From: Dicyema japonicum
Taxonomy: Eukaryota; Animalia; Dicyemida
Direction of reading: 5' to 3'
DNA length: 64,000 nucleotides
Assembly: GCA_011109175.1 (NCBI GenBank)
Contig: RDEW01000033.1
Span: forward strand, 558,001-622,000
The first letter of the stretch is position 1. Each line of letters opens with the position of its first letter. The notes beneath the pieces are model-generated. The model did no database searches, had not been told where the DNA came from, and saw nothing but the letters and a program-made list of their open reading frames with translations. A program made the translations under genes and the position numbers. Below, piece by piece: positions 1 through 13,530 of the stretch.

Positions 1-1446
1 TATGACAGTTGAGTTCGTTAGACATTATTCACTATACGCCGAATTGGAAAGAGCTCTGGCTGTGATGGAGTATGGATTTTTTGTCAAGAAATTTGATTCT
101 CTTCATAGTTATCTGAGTGGAGAGATTATCAAGATAGTGAGTGGTGAATATTGCCGGAAGAATGGTTCTATACAGGGATTACCTACCTCATTCCGAAAAA
201 AGAAGACTGTTGTTCTCCGAATGACTTACGGCCAATTACGTGCATGCCTATATTGTACAAACTTGTCATAAAATGTGTTAATACAAAACTTACGGATTAT
301 ATTGAAGGGTTCAATCTCATCTCGGATCAGCTGGGAGTAAGAAGGCAGTGCCCAGGTGCAAAAGAACAGGCTTTAATAAATCAGTGTGGTAATGTTGAAC
401 GTGGAAATAGCTTATTCACATGATTGATGTGAAGAAGGCTTTATATTCTGTCAATCATGAATTTTCATGAAGTTATTAATTTAGAAATCCTGCGTATTCT
501 CTCTAACTTCGACTGCACTTAAAATTTGCTAAAAAGAAAGATTATATCTCAGCAGGAATAATTTTGGAAGATTATTAACTTCAATTTCTGATACGAGTGA
601 ATGCATGCTATTCCAATTTTTAACCGACCTTGAGAGGAAATCGTCAATGTGTCTTCGAAGGGCAGGAATCTTCGGGTCCTAAAAAAGAAAAACACATATG
701 ATCACTATCGCAAGATTCATTGCACTCAAATACAATGTGGATGACCTATCTAACTTGAACACTGACATTATAGAGGAACATCAAAAGAAGAATTATTTGG
801 AGAGGACTAATCAGAAATTCTTCATTTAAGTGTTTTGAAAATACGAATGTCGATATCAACGGATCAACAGAATGTCTTGCTGGGGAAACAATAGTCCAAG
901 GTCGGAAGCAATGTACTGCATTATACAGGATTGGAATCTGTTCTTTGAAGAGATGAAAGCAAATTGCAGTCATTGTGGTGTGGCCACAAAGAGTTTGGAT
1001 CACCTGGCTACACGATGTACCAGGATGCTAACCCGTGCGTTTATGCGGCGACATGATATTTTCGTACACGATAAATCCAAGAACGAAATAATACTAATAG
1101 AGGTAGGGATCACTTCCCAAGATTTGCTAAAACATGTTAAAGTAGAAAAACTTAACAAATACGACCTTCTGGCAGGAGAACCAGAACGACAATAACTCCG
1201 ATTGATTTGACATGGGATGGAGTAGTAACAAAGACTACATGGAAAAACTCAACGTGGATGTTCTACAAAGGCGTAAATCATCAATGACGATTAAAAAAAC
1301 TTTAGAGAGCATGATAATCGAGCATAGACATGGGCTTAAAAATGATAACTATGATGATGAGGTTACAAGAGTGACTAATCATCTTATCTCAAAAGTGAGG
1401 GTGATACAAAGGGCCAATGCCCAAAGAAGAGGAGATTTCAGTTTGC
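1..1446 (+). mobile_element. Degenerate R4/Dong-like non-LTR retrotransposon (RT + CCHC + restriction-like endonuclease), cut by the window edge
   Basis: Frame-broken pieces: RT 'LRPITCMPILYKL...QLGVRRQCPGAKEQALIN' (151-423), zinc knuckle 'CSHCG...DHLATRC...RRHD' and REL 'IILIEVGITSQD...EKLNKYDLLA' (872-1195). Confidence 0.8.
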
Positions 1447-1937
1447 ATATTATTATTAATAAGCACACCGCAAAACAACGTAAGTAAAGTTATCTCGCTT
1501 GTGCCACCCTCTCCTGGATACGTTTTGTTAATCGCTTCCAGTTCCCTCAAGTGCTCAAGGTCATCTTCCAACGTCAACCCTTTCCCAATCGAAGTAAGGT
1601 CTTGATGTAGAAGGGTTGGTAGAGTAATTCGTGGTTTTCTCCGGAAAGTCGATCCCGGATGAAGAGCATAGTGGTGTTCCATCGCGGGAGTATTCCTGTC
1701 CATTCTTAAGATTTGACCAACTAAGCCCCATCTGTTACTTCTTATTTCTCCGTCCAATGGGAGGATATTATAATGGGAATGGAGGTATTTGTTTGAGATG
1801 TGCTTTGGCCAGGAAATTCTTAATATGTATCTGAACTGCATTCTATGAAAGGAGTTCAGAGTTTCCAGTTCAGACATTGTGAGTGCCCAAGTAGAAGAGT
1901 TGTACAATAAAACTGATTTTACGAACATAGATTGCAT
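1447..1937 (-). mobile_element. 3' fragment of an RTE-clade LINE
   Basis: ORF 1389-1937: 'LLYNSSTW...LNSFHRMQFRYILRISWP...RWGLVGQILRM' is the RTE post-RT region; short (TAA)n tail near 1447-1456. Confidence 0.8.
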
Positions 1938-2074
1938 ATTAGTGTTAATTAATTACAATTGATTTTCTTTTATTATAATTTTATTTTTATAATAAAAATA
2001 AACATTTTTACTGTCAACCCTAAAATCAAATAAAATAAATTTATCGAACATAATCAATTTCCGTAAAGTCTGAT

Positions 2075-3354
2075 ATGAAGCAGTGTGTGGATATTTATTT
2101 TCTTAGTATTTTTGACTCACCCAAAATAACCATTCAAGTTATAAAAACTGAAAATTCTAAGCTTGGGATAACAATCGGAGGAGGAAGACCACTATCTTCC
2201 ATTATTTACGTTGTAAACGTTATTGACGGGGGAATAATCCAGTCTGATGGCAGAATCAGTTCTGGTGATGAGCTTATTTCGATCAATGACGTCAAATTCG
2301 CTCGAATGACTCGATGCGACGTGGCCAGCTACATAAGGACCCTCTCAGTAGTCGACATGTAATTCCACAGGGAACTCTGACTATTTCCTACAAGCAAATA
2401 ATGATTCCAGAAACGATAGGTCTAACATATGACATTCGTATTAATCGATTATTCGATAATTAGAATATAAGAAGGCCAAACATTGGTTTGTCCACCACTT
2501 TGGGGGTAACGCTGCTGATATTTTCGGACTGACCAGAGCGGTCCTCGTTAACGGTTATTCCGTGGTTTGATTGATAGACCCCCTTTTTGGGAGAATCAAG
2601 GAGTTGAACGAGAAAAGAAAGTTTTACAAAAATTTGATTACAAAGGCCGCAAATCTCCTTAAAGCCTACAAGTGCCTTGGTGTGGTTCAATACGGTAGCT
2701 TGGTAGACTAATAAAGATTTTGGGAGTTACCTGAACAGTTTTGGGCATGATAATAGTCCTCAGGTGAGACAGGCAATCATGAAGTTCTCAAAGACCCACG
2801 AAAAGATCTTTGAGAAGACCAACGTCTACATAAACGAAGCCAAAGCTGTAGTATTTAGGCTATTATTAGATTACCGATAATCTGCGGATCTTTGTGGACA
2901 AAATCATCCCTGATGTTGTGATCTCTATTCGTTCCTGTTTGGGGGCAAAATTCGAATATTTGGTGAGAATCTGATTTTCTATAAGAGGCGTATTCCCTGA
3001 AGGTGAAGGAGATCGAAGATGACTTGGAGTATGCTGCGTACGTTTTCAACTACTCGGATACCATATTGGAAGGAAATAGGGAGTACAGAGTCTATCTTCG
3101 AGCCAGACATATGAGTAAACGGAAATTCGGTGATTTGAGGGAAGATGTGCTGACTAAGCTCGACATGGTCGACGACAGACATGGTCTTGTCCCTGAGTTG
3201 ATTTTTAGGCAAAAACATGAACGAACAATTCCGTAAGTTTGCTCAGGTATTCCACCGACTCTATAGTGAACTCCATTTAATTTGCGATTCCTACTCAGCA
3301 TCCGATTTCCAGATTCCGATAGAACTCCCAAGTGACTGTATAAACTCTGATTAA
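2075..3354 (+). CDS. PICK1: PRKCA-binding protein (PDZ + BAR domain), multi-exon
   Basis: PDZ 'KLGITIGGG...DGRISSGDELISIN'; after removing ~22-26 nt GT-AG introns (e.g. 2348-2370) the BAR region reads 'AADIFGLTRAVLVND', 'KFEYL-AYSLKVKEIED', 'GNREYRVYLRAR', 'DVLTKLDMVD', collinear with animal PICK1; stop TAA 3352-3354. Confidence 0.92.
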
Positions 3355-3482
3355 TGCTCAATATTCTTGTTTTAATGTATTTGGCGTATGACAGGTGATC
3401 TCCCAAGTTCTTTCAATTTGGGTGGACGAGAATCAAATTCCATTTCAGAATATAAAAGTTTTAAGGAATTATTTAATTAATT

Positions 3483-3890
3483 TTAATTTATTGAACCAAA
3501 ACCACCGTCATATTGAAAATAGCCAAATTTCAAGTGATCCCAGCCTCCCTCAACAGTCTCTGCATCTTTTCTCAGTGTTCCGACTGCGTTCCTGCGATTT
3601 CTCCTGACATGACGAATCTCCACCGGAAAAGTGCCCGGATGTGTAAGATGAGCCGTCCAGGAGGAACTCATCTGGATGGTCGTTGACAAATGGTTCTATT
3701 GGATACATTTTGACTTGTATCTGACGCCACCAGACCAGGCAAACCACATGACGCACGTTAATAAGTGAATTTGGAACAGACGAACAAAACAGAAGCTTTA
3801 ATCAATTAGCCACAAAGCTCCACATGGCGCCACAAGGTTTTTTCAAAGAACGACCGTTAAGTTGCTGATTAGGGTGAACAGATAAATCTA
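3483..3890 (-). other. Probable small intron-containing gene, product not identified
   Basis: GC-richer island with overlapping open frames and candidate ~18-19 nt GT-AG introns; no family recognised. Confidence 0.3.
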
Positions 3891-4460
3891 TTGAATTGAA
3901 AGCAACAAATGGATTTCGTATTTAATAATTACTGTTATCATTAAATTTACACAATCAGTAATCTCAATATCAGGAAAATGGTTTTTTGAATTGGAACATG
4001 GCTATCCTACTTCGAATGCTTAGCCTCGATGTGTCCTGACCCCAGCCATTCACAAAATAAGGGAGAGGAGAGGTTATAATCAGAAATGATTACATTTAGT
4101 TACTAAAACTATGTCACTGCACCAGATTTACATCTCCCTTCTTAACTTTCTGATCAATAACCACTTCCGATTAATTATTGTTGAAGAAAGGAGGAAATTG
4201 TCACTGCATTTGAAGAAAAGGCATATATCAGAAATCCACCATTTTATTGATGGATTACTACTTATAACAAGGACGCAGAACCTCTGATTATTCAAGATCC
4301 AAATACATCCATCTTCTTTGAGGCAGACGGAATTCTAACCTAGACATTGGTACATTCTATGTTTTCTTGTATTCGATGTCTCCCTGTCGAAGAATGGGGA
4401 TGAGAAATTACATTGGGGAGATGGAATATTAATGAACACATATTTCCGAAATTAGAATAA

Positions 4461-5257
4461 TCAGTATAACATAACCAAATCATAAACATTAGCAACTCCC
4501 AAAATGAAGACACCGATCGTGATCAAAGAACTGGAAGAACGACTTTGAAAGGACCTTTGTCTACTGATCTCTTCATCTATCAATGTAAGATAGTTATAAC
4601 CTGTACACAGGCTGTTACTACAATATGTGTAATTTTTGGGACATTGAGAGCATGACCTTCCTCTAGTATAAGGATACTGCCCTATATAGTTCCCACTAGA
4701 GTAAATACTAGCATACTATGGGAAGTAATTGCAATATGTAATATACGTATTGTCGAACACCATCCCATCCCACTCCAATCTACCACAAAAATTTGTGGCA
4801 CACCCCACTAGATGAGTGTTAGCCCAAACAATCTGATATTATTAAACCGATACCTGCGTATAGCGAGTACAAACACCAGTACATGCCTGAGTACTATACG
4901 TGTAGTGATCTTTTTCTGAACCCCAAGATTCTACTATCCCACTGAGATCGGGTGCACCTATAAATAGTCATCTCATGGACAACTCGATTTGTATATGTTT
5001 TCGCCTGAATTGAAATGCTTAAAAATGCATCTTTTGCTCGATTCTTCGGCCAAGCTTTCTAGACCACCATCCCAGGTCTTAATAAAAGATAACTTTACCA
5101 TGATTTTCATATCACTTGCTTGGGGATAAACCTGGGATCTGAGGTGATTATGAGCATCCACGAGTTCCTCTTTCTCTGACTCGTCGAATGGAGTAGAACA
5201 CTTGATATATATTCATGTTACTACTTTAACTGAAAGGAGAAGCAAGAATTTTATCAT
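4461..5257 (-). CDS. CAP-superfamily (SCP/PI16/GLIPR1-like) secreted or membrane-anchored protein
   Basis: Spliced by eye (21-26 nt introns): signal-like 'MIKFLLLLSV', 'DAHNHLRSQVYPQASDMKIMTWD', 'GENIY', 'YTQIVWANTHLVGCA', 'CNYFP-GNYIGQYPYTRGRSCSQCP', hydrophobic C-tail; one apparent frame break before the CNY motif. Confidence 0.85.
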
Positions 5258-5578
5258 TTCAACTAAATTCGTGATTTATTTTTAAAGACGGCTAATTTAT
5301 TATGTAATCTGAATTCACATAAATTAGTAGTTCATGGTATTTGCACTCTGTCACGTGCAGGATGTGAAATACAGAATCACTAACACTAAAGATTCCCGGT
5401 ACTTATTTAGAACGTGACTGCCACTTTCCTGCAACAAAATCAATATATCGTTTTTTAGTTAAAAAGTAAATATTTAATTATTAATTTCTACGAATAATTT
5501 AATTTTTTATTTAATTTTTTTTTAATTTTTTTCTACAGATTTCCATCGTGTTGATTATTATTCATTAATCTCATTAAT

Positions 5579-6100
5579 ATGCCTAAAAATATGGAGGAAT
5601 ATAATAAATTTTTACAAGAAAAGCAGATTTTTCCAGATAGAAAACTGTAAAAAAGGACACGTGATGGTCATTAATGGATCAAGGTGAAGTTGCTGCAAGA
5701 GAACCTGCAGGACCGGTATTTGTAGTGGTTACTTATCTTAGGTACATGGTTATAGAACTCTAATGTGAATTTTGAAGATGCAATTCGTTTTATTTTTATT
5801 TGGAGTTCTGAACTTTCGACAAAGAGAATTGTCAGAAACAATCTTGGCTGGAGTTCGACACTGTAGATTGGCAACTGCTTATCAGAGACGGCACATGAAT
5901 TGATTACCTTGTTAAAATCGAAAATCGTATTATCTGTTTAATTAACGATAGATGGTGAAGGAATAATGTTGAAATAGACGAAAGTATATTTTCTAAACGA
6001 AAAAATAATCGTGGAGGATTATTCAACGGAAACAGTCCGTTAATGTAAGAACGCCGAATTCGACCCACTAATAATGGCAATAGGGAATTTTCGGTCCCCA
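5579..6100 (+). mobile_element. Degenerate Merlin (IS1595-like) DNA transposon remnant
   Basis: 'VEIDESIFSKRKNNRG' near 5965-6015 is the Merlin/ISXO2 first catalytic motif; upstream Cys-rich remnant; many stops. Confidence 0.65.
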
Positions 6101-6299
6101 ACAACGAATTATTATTAAATATTAATTTAAAATTTTTTAAATATTTACTTTTTAACTAAAAAATACGATATGTTGATTTTGATGAAGGAAAGTGATCCCC
6201 CTAGCACTAAAGATCCCTCTAACCCAGCGCTTGCCGATTCGTTTTGAGTTCGCAACTTCGCACCGTCGATTTTAAATCCACAGAATTCGAATTTTATTA

Positions 6300-7456
6300 A
6301 AAAATTAGTTAAGTTCCTTGAGACTTTTGCTGTTTTTTAGTTTTGATTAATTCTTCGAAACGTGGTTTTTTGTTTGCTAGTGCAATTCTAGATCGTTTTC
6401 AGGGTTAAGAGCGTTCTTTCTATGAAGTTCAGAACTCATTATGTCGTCCACGTAATCTCATGCGTGTCCATAGTCTACCCCCAGGTAGAGCAGGCTGTGT
6501 GCATTGTTTACTCCCAGTGTGTATTCTTGTTTCAGGTGCTTTTTCACATTGCTTATTCGGAGTGCGCAAGTCAGCAGAGAGCTTTAGCCCTCTCAAGTTG
6601 CACCAATGCTCAATCTGGTCAACATACTCCCGGATTCTTCCTTCAGATATAGAAGATTTTAGAGATGTGTCCATCACAATTACGTCATCCACATAAATAA
6701 GAAGACTAGTATTAATATTCCTCGGACGTGGAAAACTCGCCATGAATATATTAAACAAAATAGGGTTCAATACCGAATTTTGTGGTACTCCCCTCTTGAA
6801 TGATATTGCATCAAATATATTTCCACACCTTCACAAAAGATTGTCATTTCTGAAGATAATATCTTACCCAAACAAATAGGTATCTTGGAACACATGCTGA
6901 TACAAGCTGAATTAACACCGCTTCATGGCATACACTGTCGAATGCTTTCGAGATATCAAGACATAATAAGTTTATTTGTCTCTTGGAATCTTTTTCTTTC
7001 ATGATTTCAGAATTCAGTAGAAAGAAACAGTCAGCACAGCATCTTCCGGGACGAAAACCTCACTGCTCCGGAATCAGAAAGTCATTCTCTTTTAAATGTC
7101 TGCATAGCTTTTTGAAAATGATACGTTCAATCACTTTCGCGAAAGAACATATTAAACTAATTGGTAGCTTGCCGGATCTCTCTTTGGCATCCCTGGTTTG
7201 GAATCATCCTCACAACAGCTTTCTTCCATATTAAAGGGAGGTAGATAAATCGTAAACACCCATTATAAAGACATCGCTGATAGTCAAATAAAATTTCCGG
7301 ACCCTTTTTGATAAGTTTCATTAATATGTGGTCATATCCTGGAGCATTGACCTTGCATTCCCTGATAGCCGTCATCACTCCAAAGACGCTGGACGTTTGT
7401 TGCGACGGAGTATGGATTAGTGTTGGAGGTCCATACTCCAATCCTCGTAAACCCAA
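6300..7456 (-). mobile_element. Degenerate Jockey/I-like non-LTR RT
   Basis: 'APGYDHI...WKKAVVRMIP' (7157-7456), 'GVPQNSVLNPILFNIF...IYVDDV' (6429-6790). Confidence 0.75.
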
Positions 7457-7989
7457 TATGAAGTGTGGAAAAAATTATCACGACTAACATTGACAAAAAT
7501 CTAAGCATTTCAAAATATTAACTACAAATTAATTTAAATCGTTAAAATAATTTATTTTTATCTAATTAGACAAGTCTTTGCTATTTTCTTGAATAACAGT
7601 TCCATCTTCAATTTCCAATATTACCAATCCAGTTAAAGAGATTGATTTGACATGATAGATACAGATATCTATATTTCATTCAGAGCACTTGTCCATTATA
7701 TCATTTTCCACAACCTCCAACTAAAATCAGGCATAATTCTTACCAGCATAATGACGTAAATCAATTAGATCAAAAATATATCTAAAATATTAGATTGAGT
7801 CATACTTTTCTCTCACTGTATTCGCTCTGATAGGTATTATCGCCGATCTGGTATTCACAAGATCACATATACAATATCATGTTCAAAAAAGCCAGGAACG
7901 AAATTCATCAATCAAAAAACGGATTTTAGCCAACAGCCTTCAGATCCGATGTCATCAGACGAAAAGGTCAGGGATCCTTTCTCCTGTTG

Positions 7990-8772
7990 ATGTGTCTAAA
8001 TTCAAATTATTTATTACTTTTTAAAGAAAGGAAGAACACAAGATGGGGATCTACCATAAGCCGAAGTGCCATTTCCAACATAAACGTAAAATTGTCATTT
8101 GTTAGCCACCTGATTGGTCAAATCAAACTTTTGAATAAATCAAATATCCTAGTTTTCCTTGCCTAAATCAATGCACCGCTTGATAAGCTGATTGCAAGCA
8201 TCTCAATAGACAAGCTGAGGGTGCATCATCATATGCTCATCCCTGTCTCATGAGTATTTCATTGATCCAAATTCTTTAACCAGTTTTTCATGTCATTTTT
8301 CGTAATTGATCAAATTGTAAAGTCATAGCTTCAAAATTAGACTATTCCTCGTTAGGGAGTTCCTTGGGTTGACATTCCACCGTTTTTTAGAAGATCTAGG
8401 AATTCAACAACAAATCAACAGTTGAGAACTATTTTCCTATCAGATCATGTCTATGTTCCATGGAATTTTCTAAAATATTATAGAAAGTATAACCTTCCTC
8501 TCTTCTTCATGCTTTTGTTTCAGTTCATTTAACTTTTTTTCTTCAATCTTTATTAGTTCATTCAATCAAAAGTAAACTAGTAAACTCGCTTTTTCTCGTC
8601 TGTCTTTAGTTTTTGTTTTTTTAATTTTAGCTCTTCCATTCGTTCAAGGCCGCTATTTTCACGATCTAAGATAGAAAGGATGTGCTTCATTCTCGTTATC
8701 TTGCATCTTAATTTATAATTTTACTTCCATGTTATCCCGTTTATTTATTTATTAACCCATAATACACCGAGA
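7990..8772 (-). pseudogene. CDC37: CDC37 (Hsp90 kinase co-chaperone) homolog, disrupted
   Basis: Collinear motifs 'DNMEV..DNENEAHP', 'ERMEEL', 'KKIPWNIDM', 'HEKLVKEFG', 'HPQLVY*DACNQLIKRCIDL', 'FMLEMALRLMVDP'; in-frame TGA at 8293-8295, 8248-8250, 8203-8205 plus frameshifts. Confidence 0.75.
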
Positions 8773-8803
8773 AAGAAGTTAAAGTAAACAACCAATTAAG
8801 TGT

Positions 8804-8895
8804 ATCCAGTTTCCACTTATACAGAAACAGAGTCCATCCGGAATCAGCATAAAAAGTAAAAGACGTCCATACTTGCAGTGGTGGAAACCCCTCCA
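8804..8895. repeat. ~90-bp dispersed repeat, second copy at 18056-18148
   Basis: Near-identical 'atccagtttcca...cagaaacagagtccatccggaatcagcataaaaa...gtggtggaaacc' in both places; origin unresolved. Confidence 0.8.
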
Positions 8896-9081
8896 GTGGA
8901 GTGGGGGAGAGCAAATGATCCTTTTTCGTGCTGGCCTGGCACTGGGCACCACGTAGACAGGTGGATCACATGACGCCACTCTAATAGGAAGGGAGAGGAA
9001 GAACAGACAAACAAAGCAGAAACTTCAACCAATTACCCACGAAACAACACATGGCACCACGCAGTCCCATAACCTGAATCT

Positions 9082-10075
9082 TTTATTATTATGGCACTTT
9101 CACGAAATGTTTATAGCCCCGCATGTGGAACACTCAAAGAAACAATATTTATGGTTAGTCTTTTCCATCTTCCTCTGTCGAATGCGAGTGATCTCAATTC
9201 GTCCAGGTCGTCCCCGTCTTTAGATTTTTTCTCACACGATTTAGGTCTTTGTTTAGGCAGTCGGAAGTGTCGATCTAAGTCGTTCGCGTAAGGATTTGTC
9301 GCACTGTCAAAGTAATCTTCCATTGCATTGTTAGCGGATGCGTCCGGGTTCATTCTTAGTACATGCCCAAATACCCTCCACCGGGCATCTATCACATCCT
9401 TGCTGATGTACGAACACATACACTTGTTGTAGATACCAGTGGTTGATATTCTACGTGGCCACTCCATTCTGAGTAAGCTTCTTAGTTGCCTTCTATGAAA
9501 CGAATCCAGTTTCAATAGTTCGTTGAAGGAACTTCCCCATGTCCCAGCGTTGTACAGTAGGATCGGTTTCACAAACGCGTTGTAAAGCCTGCATCTGATG
9601 TCAATTCCAAGTCTTTTGGCTCTTAGCCATTCTTTCTTCAGTTTAGCCATTGCCGCATTTTCCAGTGTTTTCATCCTTAGTAGCGTCTCCTAGTAGAGAG
9701 CCGAGCTTATTAGTACGTCTCCATCTTTCATGATTAACATCGTCTTCTCTTTTGATTTCCGTAATTTCAGTTTTGTTTACATTTACACTGAGAAACCATT
9801 TCTCAATCTCCGCAGGTGGATTTTCTAGTAGGTGTTGGAGTGCGGTCACGTCCCGTGATACGAAATCCACATCATCCGCATAAGATGTCTCTTCTATGTC
9901 TCCTATATAGCATTTACGGAGGTCGCGGAAGATTCAAGGTGTATGGTGAATAGTAAAGGGGAGAGGGAATCACCCTGGAGGTGTCCCAATCGTTGTTTTG
10001 AAACTGCGGGAAGTTGCTCCTTCTGTCCTCACAGATAGTCTTGTGTTCGCAAGTAGTAGTCTGATTATCCTAAAC
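9082..10075 (-). mobile_element. RTE-clade LINE family A, 5'-truncated copy
   Basis: 'SYADDVDF', 187-aa ORF 9111-9674 ('LLYNAGTW...RWRVFGHVLRM'), (TAA)n tail at 9082-9091; highly similar to 56660-57647. Confidence 0.9.
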
Positions 10076-10946
10076 TACCTGAATCCATTGATTTTCAAAT
10101 ATTTTAATTCAAATTAATTTATAAATTTTATTATTAACTTTTATATTTACATAAATTTTCTATTTTCAAAAAGGATCTTAGAAACTTTTGCAAGGAGGGA
10201 TATTTTTGTATGTCGAATGATCCAAAGTGAATTCCCTGCAAGCTGAGGTAGAACGTAAGAACGATAACTCGTCGCTAAAAATGCCATTAATCCATATTTT
10301 TGGGATTTTTCTTATATAGGACTGATGGCTAGGCAACCCAGTGAGAATCAAATCTGACCAGTCTAGGGAATGCAGACAATTAGAGTTCACCTTAGCCTTC
10401 CACCTAAATACGAAATGAAGGTAAAGATTATATCCATGCTGCCTTGTTTGAAGTTTAGCAACGTGAGGAATATACTACGAGTGGTTCAGAGCTAAGTTCT
10501 TCGCATAATACTTCTACCTAGAACTAACTGATCTCCTCCATCTGTACACTATTCGATACCTGAGTTTTACCACCCGACGAATGAGCATTTGTTCTTAGAC
10601 TTGAATTACAAAGTATTCTCTGATTGTTGATTGTTATGTGAGTGATCTATCGTCCTTGTTTATTAAATTACTTTATGAGAAGATTGGTATTTGCTACATG
10701 AGACTGGCTGTCTGTTCTGCTCGTTGTTAATTCATTCCTAGTCAATCTTCCTTTACTTTGAATCTTACCGACTTTCTGTGGATAATTGAGTCATTTATTA
10801 CCCTTCTCAGTTCATATAGTGTGCAAATGCTCTGTGTAATCAATAGAAAGTAATAGGAAGATGAACTAAACTTGGAAATCCCACCCAGACAGAAAATTAA
10901 GAGTATCCCATCATTGGGGTGAAATTGTCACTAAATGAGTTATCAC

Positions 10947-12687
10947 TAGGGCAACATAAGTCAATAAAGTCAATTTCAATTCAGAGTTAGACTTTAGTCT
11001 AAAAATAATGATTAATTAAAAAATGTCAAAAAAAGGTTTCTATAAAAAGTTTTTTATGTCAATTGGGTCAACTTTAAGACTTTTATGTCAATTTTTTTAG
11101 GTCAATTTTTTATTAAACACTGTTTTATTTAACAATAAAATATTATTTATTAACTAGGGGGAGAGTAAGCCTTCCGATTTAAAAAAAAGCTAAAATATTT
11201 GTGACAAATATCCCAGAGTTTTCAAATTACTCCGAATGGAATGCTTTTTTGTAAATTATGTGAGTTACCAGTAACTTCCAAGAAACACTTTTTTGTGAAT
11301 AAACACAAGGAAACACAGAAGCACTTTTCACGAATAAATATGCCCACAAATAAAAAACGATTAAATATTGTTCCAAATGATTTCTTCAGAAATTTTGAAC
11401 AGACGTATCGGAAGCATTTGTATCCGCAAACATTCCACTTTTTAAATTGAGGAATCGAGCAATTATCAACTTATTCGAAAGTATTGGGCATCCACTTTCT
11501 TTAGAGTTTACTTGCCGCAATATAGTAGAAATTTCTGCTCAAGAAAAAATATCCAAAATAATTAATTTAATTTCAAATAAGAAAGTTAATTTTAATAATT
11601 TAATTGTTAAGGTTTTTGATTGTGGGAGAAACTGATGTTGGGAGAAACAAATTTGTTATTTGTCTAGTTGGAACGTTGGCAAATCCGCAAAGCTCTAATA
11701 GATTGTATAAAAATTGATTTCTCTCCGAATTCTTCTATCATCAGTCAAATTATTGATGACACTATTTGGAAAATTAACGTTGAAAGAAACAATTTTTCTC
11801 TCCTTATTACCGATGATGCTCCATAAATGGTTTCTGCAGGAAATACTCTCAAGTTATTATATTCTAGTCTATGCCATATCACATGTTTTGCTCATTTAGT
11901 GCATAATTGTGCACTTAATAAAAGTATATTATCCCAAAGTCGACAAATTGATTGCTTGTATTAAAGCACTTGTTGTAAAGAACTATTATCCAAGACAATT
12001 GTTTAAAGAAATTAAGTACCCACCAGAACCAATAGTTACGAGATGGGGAGCTGGCTTAAGGCTGTTTCTTACTATGATGCAAACCTGCCAAATAATAATA
12101 ATATGCTCTTCCTTAGAAGGAGATTCTTTGCTTATTAAAAGAGCGAAAGAATGTTTATTTAATGGACAACTTCATGAAGATCTAACGACGATTATCGCAC
12201 AATATTCACTTTTATTACAATTGCCTGAAGATTTAGAATCGACCAATTTTACTATAAAGCATACAATTTTTTGAAAAAATTGGATTTTAAAGAAGACGTT
12301 GTGGAATAAAAAATTATATTAACAAAAGGATGAATTCTAATGATATCACAAAAATAATGAATTTCGATGATAATTCCATTTCACCTTTAGATTATTCTTT
12401 ATTGATTGAATGTCAGGCTACATCGTGCGCAGAGGAACGATCATTCTCGATTCTTATAAATATTATCCAGGATAGGAATTTTAAAGCGTATAATGTAAAA
12501 TATCATTTGATTGTGAATAACTCGATAAACGATGGATAAAATTACTTTACATTTTCATAAGCGTAGTTTATATATGAAAATAAAGTTGTAACTAGTATTT
12601 TTAGGTCAATTTTTAAAATTTTAAGATCAATTAAATTGACTTTTAAGGGCAATTTTTATTTTTTAAGTCAATAAAAATATTGCCCTA
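10947..12687 (+). mobile_element. hAT DNA transposon with decayed transposase
   Basis: Termini TAGGGCAACAT / ATATTGCCCTA; BED-like 'LFCKLC...KHKETQKH', 'PEPIVTRWG', dimerisation 'ATSCAEERSFS'; flanking 8-mers GTTATCAC / CTGATCAA match 5/8 (eroded TSD). Confidence 0.8.
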
Positions 12688-12699
12688 CTGATCAATTTG

Positions 12700-13530
12700 A
12701 ATCGCTCTTCAGGAATGATGATGAACGCATAGCTCAATTTGTAGGACACCCCAGATCTTTGACTAAGCCAATTATACAAACGGCTCTGCAAAAGCTAACA
12801 ATGAGAGTCCGGGCATTGACGGTATCAACGGGGAACTTCTGAAACATTCGCCATACTCACTGGCCTATCAACTATGCAGCATGCTAAACGACATTTTTAT
12901 TAAACACGTGCCTGTCCCACTAGGGCAGGGAATTTTGTCACCTATACAGAAACATGGGAAGCTGGTTGGACCGGTAGAAAATCTCAGGCCTGTAATCCTT
13001 CTAACAACTCTACGAAAACTACTATCTCTGATTGTTCTGGAAAGGATTTCTCCTACTGTTGACGAATATCTGTCTCTGGGTCAAAGTGGATTCAGCAGAG
13101 GAAGGTCAACGGCGGATTTCGTATGGACACAGGTGCCATGACGCAGAGATTCCAGAAGGCTGTTCACATACTGGGGATCGATCTCTCTAAGTTGAAGGGA
13201 AAAATAGAACGGTTCAGCTAAGTGACTCCAGACCGACAAGGCCGATACGGGAATCCTGTCGGAATGTTTAACGTGATAAGAGTGAATGAAAACTCCAGAC
13301 CAAAGTGATATCAACTCACTACTTACGTAATTCTATCATGTTCCAACAGAGCTCCTCCCTCGACCCCACACAACTGGATACTCGTAGTTACATCACTACG
13401 GGTACATCACTTGGATCTTACGTATTATGGATTCTAGAAGCGTTGAAGAAAGCTCCTTTCCAGAGTTCAATATATCCATAACTTTGAATACCCTTTCCGG
13501 TTAGATTCGATCTTCATGGCCTTTGTCTAA
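12700..13530 (+). mobile_element. RTE-clade LINE RT remnant (relative of family A)
   Basis: 'PIQKHGKLVGPVENLRPVILL...GQSGFSRGRSTAD'; many lesions downstream. Confidence 0.75.

Noticed and set aside
8203-8295. Genome-wide TGA reassignment
   Set aside because: DPH1, the CAP gene, PSMB6 and cyclin L end in TGA at the expected positions, and intact genes have no internal TGA.
10178-10930. Possible minus-strand gene
   Set aside because: Intron-like signals are present but the frames contain stops and no family could be recognised, so it was not called.
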